Source of the DNA: Octopus vulgaris
Lineage: Eukaryota
Assembly: GCA_951406725.2 (NCBI GenBank)
Contig: OX597840.1
Location: 19,282,001-19,346,000 of the forward strand
Length of the DNA: 64,000 nucleotides
Reading direction: 5' to 3'
Shown: positions 54,965 to 64,000 of the stretch, one piece after another
How positions within the stretch are numbered: position 1 is the stretch's first letter
How the letters are laid out: the number at the start of each line of letters is the position of its first letter
Made by a program: the position numbers and the translations under genes
The notes under the pieces: model-generated
Database searches by the model: none
The model's input: only the letters and a program-made list of their open reading frames with translations
What the model was told of the DNA's origin: nothing

Positions 54965-55895
54965 ACTTTAGCTCTATAACTTTAACTCTATAAACAATTC
55001 CTTTTTCAAAACATTTCCCTTCCAATGGACAGCGAGCCTTATCTTTGCAGTTGCAGTTCCTCACATTAGATTAGGCACTGTAGTTGTTTGTAATAATTTT
55101 CGTGTTATGTTGGTTAATAAAAGAGGTGAAGTTTTTGCAACAAGACTAGCTAACCTTCAATATTGTCCTATTAACAATTCTATAGAACTTATGGCTAGAT
55201 TGAAAATGTTTTGAAACTAATTTTAAGAATTCTCTGCTTATATTAGTTTTTACGGCAATATTAAATGCGTGGTTAAACCACAAACCTTTTCTAGTTCTTT
55301 TCTACGGAGTCTATTATTGTTAGAATTAACTTGACTATACCGGATCTTCTCCGAAAATCCACTAGGCCTTAATGCATTATTATAATACAGCACGATATTT
55401 TGAAATGCTGTCTCATTTGAAGAAATTGATGATATTCGCCTACATACATTACTAACTAGGTTCTTAAGAATTACGGGTGGATGATTAGACTCTTTACTAA
55501 TATAACATAGCTTTTCATTGGACTTACGGAGGGGTTTAGATTTATCTAATTGCAAATCTAAGTTGATGTCTAAGCAATCTACGTTATCGTAATCCGTAAG
55601 CCCATTCGTTGGAAGAAAGTAATCAGATCCTTCCTAAGTTTATCTAACTCGTGGCTGTTTAAATTACAGGTGACTATAACGTCGTCATCCCTGTAGAATC
55701 CTGCATCTATAAAAGGGAATTCTAGATGCAGGTTATGCAAAATATAAGTTCCTATAAGCATACACAACTCCGCCTCATTATATACCCTCATCGGTACAAC
55801 GAAAAGAGGATCCCCACTCTTTTTGACCCAGGTGGAATCATCGTAAAAAAACAAAGGGATTTCCTTGCATGCGGAATAATATCTATTTCCGAGCT
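54965..55895 (-). pseudogene. Decayed Penelope-like RT/linker fragment, second copy
   Basis: PMRVYNEAELCMLIGTYIL, GFYRDD, YISKESNHPP, NCNCKDKARCPLEGKCFEKGIVYRVKV. Confidence 0.9.
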
Positions 55896-56133
55896 CTCGG
55901 TGGTGACAACGAGGGTTCCAGTTGATCCGTTCAAAGGAACAGCCTGCTCGTGAAATTAACGTGTACCCATAACGTAGTTCTCGGGGAGATGGAGCGTGAC
56001 ACCGAGCGTGACAAGGCTGGCCCTTTGAAATACAGGTACAACAGAAACAGGAAGAAAGAGTGAGAGAAAGATGTGGTGAAAGAGTAAAGAGGGTTCATCA
56101 CCACCCCTACCCGAGCCTCATGGAGCTTTAGGT
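55895..56133 (-). mobile_element. SINE fragment truncating the PLE
   Basis: Shares body with 50536-50715 and GGAGCTTTAGGTG with family D. Confidence 0.65.
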
Positions 56134-56134
56134 G

Positions 56135-56229
<95 letters not shown>

Positions 56230-57009
56230 GAGAGAGAGGTAGTTAGATAGATTATACATATTGCTGTTCAGCTCCAGGTTACCCTTTATTGCGCAGACCA
56301 ATATATGTTCAAGTGTTTTTGGCAGCTTCCAGCCAGGAATGATTTTTTAAACCTCTAACCGGAATTCACCTGACATCATTTTATCCAGTTAGAGAACGAC
56401 CACTAATCAGGTGCTGATTCGTTTATATACTTCCTACCCTTGTAACATTGCAGTTCCTCAAAAACTGAGCCATAGAATAAATACTAAACTTAAAATAAAA
56501 ACCAGGGGCGATATGGTCGATAAAGCGCTTCAGTGGGTGGCCCAGTTTTGCCGCTGGCCTGTAACTGAAACAAGGAAAGGCTATTTCTTTAAATATATTC
56601 CGTAATACAGTGTGACATTGAAATAAAACGTGATTAATGTTCTAGCAATATTTTAATCCATTCTTCTATCTGAAATGCGTTATATATGCAAATCGGTGGA
56701 TTCGATTTATCTACACTTTTCAAATATATGTGTAAGTATTTCTATGAAACTAAAGATCACACGATTCCATGTATATCTGAACGTATATATAATATATAAT
56801 GTGTATGTCTGTGTACGTGTGTGTGTGCATATGAATATACCTTTCTGTATAAGCGTGTGTGTAAATGGATACATACACATATGAATATTTTTGTATGTTT
56901 TCCTATATATATAGGTGTCTTTGCGTTTCTTTGCGCAGGTGCTTATAAATGTAGTTTATTTAAATATGTGTATAAGTATGTGTAGGCATGTATGCGTGAT
57001 ATATATGCG

Positions 57010-57116
<107 letters not shown>

Positions 57117-57280
57117 GTATATAAAATATGTAGATAGACGGATACATATACATTGATTTATATTTACATCCATACGCGTATATACATATCGTGAGAATTT
57201 ACAAAAAACAACAAAAGACGAAGACGGGTGTGTAAACAACAAACAGATGTATTAGTTTAACGCTCGGAAAGTAAGAAAGT

Positions 57281-57316
57281 CTTTTACGTTTCGAGCCTAC
57301 GCTCTTCAACAGAAAG
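57281..57316 (-). ncRNA. Minimal type I hammerhead-like motif (core CUGUUGA)
   Basis: CUUU-CUGUUGA-A-GAGC(GUAG)GCUC-GAAAC-GUA-AAAG within a short repeat (~57185-57325) in TA-rich sequence. Confidence 0.7.
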
Positions 57317-57345
57317 GAACACAAATATATATATATATGTGTGTT

Positions 57346-57387
<42 letters not shown>

Positions 57388-58359
57388 GTGTGTATACATA
57401 TTTAGATATAGATATATACATACATACACATGTGTATATATGTATATTTATATATATATATATACACATATGCATATACACATATATGTATGCATGTATA
57501 TATATTCACATATATGTATGCATGTGTATATATGCACATATATATTAGTCAATATATTCATGTGATTGTATGTATGTATTTACACACAAGCACAGAACAG
57601 AGATACACACATTAAGATATATGTACAACCTCGAACTGAATGGAATTATCAGACACACATCACTTGTCACCACACACAACACAACACAATGCAGCACATT
57701 CCCTACATACAGCACACAAGCTATTGGCTCATAATTTCAGCAGAACCACGACGTGCAGCGGACATCTACGTTCACAGATAAAGAGATCAGCTCAAACCTC
57801 AAAATTAAAGCGATGATGAAAATCTCCACCTAAACGCATCTAGAATTTGTAATGTCTGATAAACTACCTCCAGTGTGCTTTGCCCTGTCTTCCACTTAAA
57901 TATTTCACCTCTGGCCTTTTCTAACATCAATAACTAAACGGTATATTGACGGTGAATAATATGATTTTAACATGAGCAAGATTATTGCTACCAAGACAGC
58001 TTTCACTGAAAATTATAATTCGCAATTGTAATTTTCAGTGAAAATGTTAATTCTCACTGAAGTAACAAGTTAAATATTTAACGTGGTATCTAAGAAAAGT
58101 TCTTTTAAAATAGCAATAACAGATAAATTTTTGTCTCTATTCTTCAAACTACTCCCAATATAATATAATATAAATGGCTAAAACACGAAAGGTGCACAAC
58201 GAAAGGTGTTCTGTACTTTTAGCTCAAAGTGGTGTGATGGTATGATGAGGCGATGGCTCTCATGATGTACAAGCTTGTCTCCTTTACGACCGCAACTTTT
58301 CGGGTTTAGCGTAAACTTAGTTTCTAAAATACTTTTCCATCACTGACTACAATAGTGTT

Positions 58360-58483
58360 CATGTATGTATGTATGTATGTATGTATGTATGTATGTATGT
58401 ATGTATGTATGTATGTATGTACGAATGTATGTATATATGTATGTATTTAAGTATGTACGTACGTATGTATGTATGTATGCATG

Positions 58484-58517
<34 letters not shown>

Positions 58518-58619
58518 TGTATGTATGTATGTATGTATGTATGTATGTACGAATGTGTATATGTATGTATGTATGTATGTATTTAAGTATGTACGTATGT
58601 ATGTATGTATGTATGCATG

Positions 58620-58653
<34 letters not shown>

Positions 58654-58755
58654 TGTATATATGCATGTATGTATGTATATATGTATGCGTGTATGTATGT
58701 ATGTATGTGTGTGTATGTATGTGTGTATGTATTTATATATGTACATATATATATG
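58360..58755. repeat. (TATG)n microsatellite
   Basis: Direct observation. Confidence 0.95.
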
Positions 58756-59280
58756 CGTAGACGTGCAGGGTGATAAGAAGTTTGTTCATCAACCTGATGG
58801 TTCCATGTTCAGTCCTACTGCGTGATACCATAGGCGAGAGTCTTCCACAATAACCTCGGACCGAACAAAGTCTTGTGAGTGAATTTGGTCGATGACAAGT
58901 AAGAGACACTTGTTGAATATGTGTATGCATGTTTGTGTGTGTGTGTGTATGCCCACAGATAATCACTCATATTCTACATATGCAAGTAACACGGTCTCAG
59001 ACAGACAACCGCAGCCTCCGTAACACAAAAAACTATTTAAACAACAAGTGATCGATTCGTTAGTTGGTAGATATTGAACCAATTGATTAATAATAAAGGA
59101 GTGGAGTTGAACCCGTGCATGTGTTAATAATATTGACGTAACGACTTTCCCTGGACACATCAAGATACATTTACGTATGTATATATATATATATATATAT
59201 ATATACATACGTACATACATACATATATATATACGTATATACATATATATATATATACATATCTATACATATAGATATGT

Positions 59281-59697
59281 AGGCGCAGGAATGGCTGTGT
59301 GGTAGGTAGCTTGCTTACCAACCACATGGTTCCGGGTTCAGTCCCACTGCGTGGCATCTTGGGCAAGTGTCTTCTGCTATAGCCCCGGGCCGACCAATGC
59401 CTTGTGAGTGGATTTGGTAGACGGAAACAGAAAGAAGCCTGTCGTATATATGTATATATATATGTGTGTGTGTGTGTGTGTTGTGTGTCTGTGTTTGTTC
59501 CCCTAGCATGCTGGTGTGTTTACGTCCCCGTCACTTAGCGGTTCGGCAAAAAGAGACCGATAGAATAAGTACTAGGCTTACAAAAAGAATAAGTCCCGGG
59601 GTCGAGTTGCTCGACTAAAGGCGGTGCTCCAGCACGGCCGCAGTTAAATGACTGAAACAAGTAAAAGAGTAAAAAGAGTAAAAGAGAGTAAAAGAGT
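59281..59697 (+). mobile_element. SINE family A, full length
   Basis: Very similar to 21763-22176. Confidence 0.9.
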
Positions 59698-59788
59698 ATA
59701 TATATATATATATATATATATACACGTATATACACACACACATACGTACACACATATATCTATAGATGTATATATACATATATATCTG

Positions 59789-59950
<162 letters not shown>

Positions 59951-60535
59951 TATATACATATATATATGCATATATACATATATATATATATGCATATACA
60001 TATATATATATATATGTATATGCATATAGAGACGATAAGAAATGGAGCAATTTGCAGTGGATCACTGGTCATTATTTAATTAAAATGAGAGTATGTTTAC
60101 AACTGTCTCTGTATATCAATCTGGGGTAAATTTGGATTTACCTCGTTGCAGTTGATAGACAACTTTAGAACGATTAAATGGCAAAAGATAGATAGAAGTA
60201 GAATAGAAAGAAAATATAAGGAAAGGAAAGGATAAAGGGAAAATGTTCGTTAATTCAATAGTCTTTCATTTTAGTGACTTCCATAATTCCTTATATCAGT
60301 TGGAGGATAGAAGAGAAGAGAGTTTGTGAAATCTATGGTTTTATAATTAGTTAGTTTCATAATGGCACGTATCCGAAGGTTCTATTATCCGGTGCCCATG
60401 GCTAGTTGACCGCCGGTGTAATCCGAGAGAGTTATAGCAATTCGGGATGTCCGGTGTAGTTATTTTGATGTAGTTTCAAAGGAAACTTTAGTATAAGGCT
60501 GTTATTATGTACGATACAGTGTGTACATACAGTGT

Positions 60536-60661
<126 letters not shown>

Positions 60662-60692
60662 GTACACACATATATATATATATATATATACA

Positions 60693-60961
60693 GGTGGAGG
60701 CGCAATGGCCTAGTGGTTAGGGCAGCGGACTCGCGGTCGTAGGATCCCGGTTTCGATTCCCAGACCGGGCGTTGTGAGTGTTTATTGAGCGAAAACACCT
60801 AAAAGCTCCACGAGGCTCCGGCAGGGGGTGGTGGCGATCCCTGCTGTATTCTTTCACCACAACTTTCTCTCACTCTTTCTTCTGTTAGCTTGCTCGCTTA
60901 GCCAGCGGGGTGGCGTCATTCGAAGGCTAAAACAATGCGAATACATTGTGACCAGCGATGA
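60693..60961 (+). mobile_element. tRNA-derived SINE family D
   Basis: TGGCCTAGTGGTTAGG A-box and GTTTCGATTCCC B-box followed by a non-tRNA body. Confidence 0.8.
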
Positions 60962-61001
60962 TATATATACATACATATATATGTACATATATATACGTAT
61001 A

Positions 61002-61065
<64 letters not shown>

Positions 61066-61921
61066 TATATACATACATATACATATGTATACATACATAT
61101 ATATGCACTATTTTCTGAATCTATGCCTCCACCTTAGTTCCTTTCAAACATATCACCCCACCTCCCACTCCCCACACATTCATTCTTTACATCCTTATCT
61201 CTTCCTATCCCTTCCCTACTCCTCTCCCATCCCCCTCATATCTTGACCATCAACTAACACGCCTTCTTTCATTTTCTCTTTCTCTTTATTTATTTCTTCT
61301 TTCCTCACCTATTCCTTTTGACCATTCTCCTCATTTTAACTTACACATCTTTTCTCTACACACTATCAACTTAATACTACCACTACATTCTCAAAATTTC
61401 ATTCACACCACAAGACCCCTTTGAATGAGCAGCACATGGAATCTACGTCTCCACACTTTCTATTTGTAATGACAGAATATGAACTCCCATCGGAATTTAC
61501 ATACCATGGACAAGAAGCATTTCTACCACTTCTGCACACCACTTCTCTTGGATAATGGAACATTCTATATATATTTTTATTTTCACTTTTATTCTCTTAA
61601 TTCCCTTTATACTTTTTATTTCCATCCTTTTCCAAAATAACTCCTTATACTGAATTCTACTATTTCCCTCTGTTTAATCATCTCACATGGTCTCTGATAA
61701 AGGAATATCCCTAATATCCCAGAGACAGCTTATAAATGTCCTGAAAATTCCACACAGAGTTGGCTTTGTTGCCTCACTATATTTAACATATATACCCGCA
61801 TTAGACTCCTCATGCGTATTATTATCGAACCGAATTTAACAACGGTCTTTCTATAGCACTTACATAGCCTTACCTGCCACCTACCTTCTCGATACCAGTA
61901 CATCTCATACATGCATATATG

Positions 61922-62025
<104 letters not shown>

Positions 62026-62044
62026 TATATAGATTATATACTTA

Positions 62045-62417
62045 GTTCATCGACCCCGAAAGGTTGAAAGGCAAAGTTGACCTCCGTGGAATTTGAACTC
62101 ACATCGTAAAGATGGACGAAATGCCGCTAAGCATTTTCCAGCGAACTAACGATTCTCCCACCTCACCGCCTTATGTAATAATAATAATAATAATAATAAT
62201 AATAGTTTCAATTTTTGGCACAAGGCCAGCAATTTCGGGGTGGATGTATGTCGATCACATCGGTCCCAGTACTCATCTTGTACTTAATTTATTGACCCCA
62301 AAGTGGATGAAAGACAAAGTCAACCTTGGAGGAATTTGAACTCGGAACGCAAAGACGGACAAAATGCCTGCAAACATTTCGTCTGGTGTCCTAACGATTA
62401 TGCCTGCACGCCGCCTA
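62045..62417 (-). mobile_element. Two SINE family B copies separated by (AAT)n
   Basis: Family core present twice. Confidence 0.8.
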
Positions 62418-62594
62418 AATATTGTCTGTAAATTATTAATTGTAACTTCGAAGTTTTATCGCTGGTAACTTAGCAAGCAGTCTGAAGAAGCCATCACAGT
62501 TGATGTAGGCTGAAGGGATGCAACCAGAGAGCAATCAAATGACCCCGAAACAATTGCATCTGAAAATATTATGGTTATATCTTCTACGTTCTAC

Positions 62595-63009
62595 ATAGGC
62601 ATAGGAGTGGCTGTGTGGTAAGTAGCTTGCTTAACAACCACATGGTTCTGGGTTCAGTCCCACTGCGTGGCACCTTGGGCAAGTGTCTTCTACTATAACC
62701 TTGGGCTGACCAAAAGCCTTGTGAGTGGATTTGGTAGACGGAAACTGAAAGAAGCCTGTCGTATATATGCATATATATGTGGAGTCTTATTTGTAGAAAA
62801 TAGAAATAAACAGTCTTTGACTGCTATTACTAATTTGTTTTCGGTATGTGGCTAAGCAACCTGTTGCCTGCCTCTTTTATTTATATACAAAATATATACT
62901 GAACTTTTATAGAAGTTCCTACCGTTAATGGTTATATTTACATGCCGAAATCTACCAGTAAATAATTGTTGGTTTTTTTAAAAACCATTAATGCTATTAT
63001 TATATTACT

Positions 63010-63105
<96 letters not shown>

Positions 63106-63315
63106 TTGTGTGTCTGTGTTTGTCCCACCAACATCGCTTGACAACCGATGCTGGTGTGTTACGTCCCCGTAACTTAGCGGTTCGGCAAAAAGAGACCAAT
63201 AGAATAAATACTAGGCTTACAAAGAATAAGTCCTGGAGTCGATTTGCTCGACTAAAGGCGGTACTCCAGCGTGGCCACAGACAAATGACTGAAACAAGTA
63301 AAAGTGTAAAAAGAG
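62595..63315 (+). mobile_element. SINE family A head (62595-62775) and tail (63100-63315) with intervening sequence
   Basis: Family motifs. Confidence 0.8.
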
Positions 63316-63751
63316 TTCTAAGTTACATTCAATAACAGTTGAAAGTTCGCTTCGTCCTTTCAACGTCGATGAAGTGTATAACGGACGTATCCTGGGAGAA
63401 ATGGTGAGTACATTTGTGGTGTATTAGTGGAGGAGGGCCAGTATGGTAACTCCACTGACTGAAACCATTCCATAAGAATTTGATAGTTTCTGGAACCAAT
63501 ATGTCTTCGCTATTTATAGGTATGGGATATTGATATTCGTTCAAGCATAATGGTAGTAGACATTTTGGTGACCTTTGACCTCTCTGGAATTTTCTTAATT
63601 AGAATATCATTAAAAATGTCTCACCACAAAAATCAATATGTATAAATTAGCGATTCGATTGAAAGATAAGGAATCGGTTATTGAAATGGCCGTCACCGGA
63701 AGACAATGTAGAAGGAAGGGAACTTTTTGAATATACACATAAACACTATAT

Positions 63752-63840
<89 letters not shown>

Positions 63841-63966
63841 CACAGACAGATAAACAGACAGACATATAAATAGGTAGACATATACTCATAAGGATATATA
63901 CTTATGTATATATATATAGAATAAATATATATATTCTGTGTTTGTATTGTATATATGTGTACATAC

Positions 63967-64000
<34 letters not shown>

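Noticed and set aside
60693-60770. tRNA-like sequence
   Set aside because: No complete cloverleaf; continues into a SINE body shared with 12310-12572
61690-61735. CTGATAA..GAGAC-AGCT hammerhead-like trace
   Set aside because: Both core boxes mutated and 3' stem missing; too decayed to call
62474-62562. CTGAAGA..GAAAC with GATGCAA/TTGCATC stem
   Set aside because: Core elements and stems do not fit a single hammerhead fold
63329-63600. Complex-sequence 71-aa ORF on the minus strand
   Set aside because: No recognisable motif or convincing splice context; left unassigned

Overview
AT-rich, repeat-saturated animal DNA, probably a coleoid cephalopod (octopus-like; inferred from the SINE and microsatellite content). 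I found no intact host gene or exon. Nearly all listed ORFs are microsatellite read-throughs and the rest are decayed transposon fragments: two Penelope-like elements (RT plus GIY-YIG), R4/Dong-type restriction-like-endonuclease LINEs, CR1, RTE and Tx1/L1 pieces, a mariner remnant, mariner and hAT MITEs, a non-autonomous Helitron and dozens of tRNA-derived SINEs. The notable signal is at the RNA level: more than a dozen hammerhead-ribozyme-like motifs from several unrelated repeat families. These include a canonical hammerhead inside a ~520-bp non-coding element with DIRS-type ITR/ICR architecture (10339-10860), a perfect 468-bp palindrome with a hammerhead on each strand (33630-34097), and two motifs with permuted, type II-like core order (~29.5-30.3 kb). 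All calls were made by eye, so repeat boundaries are approximate.
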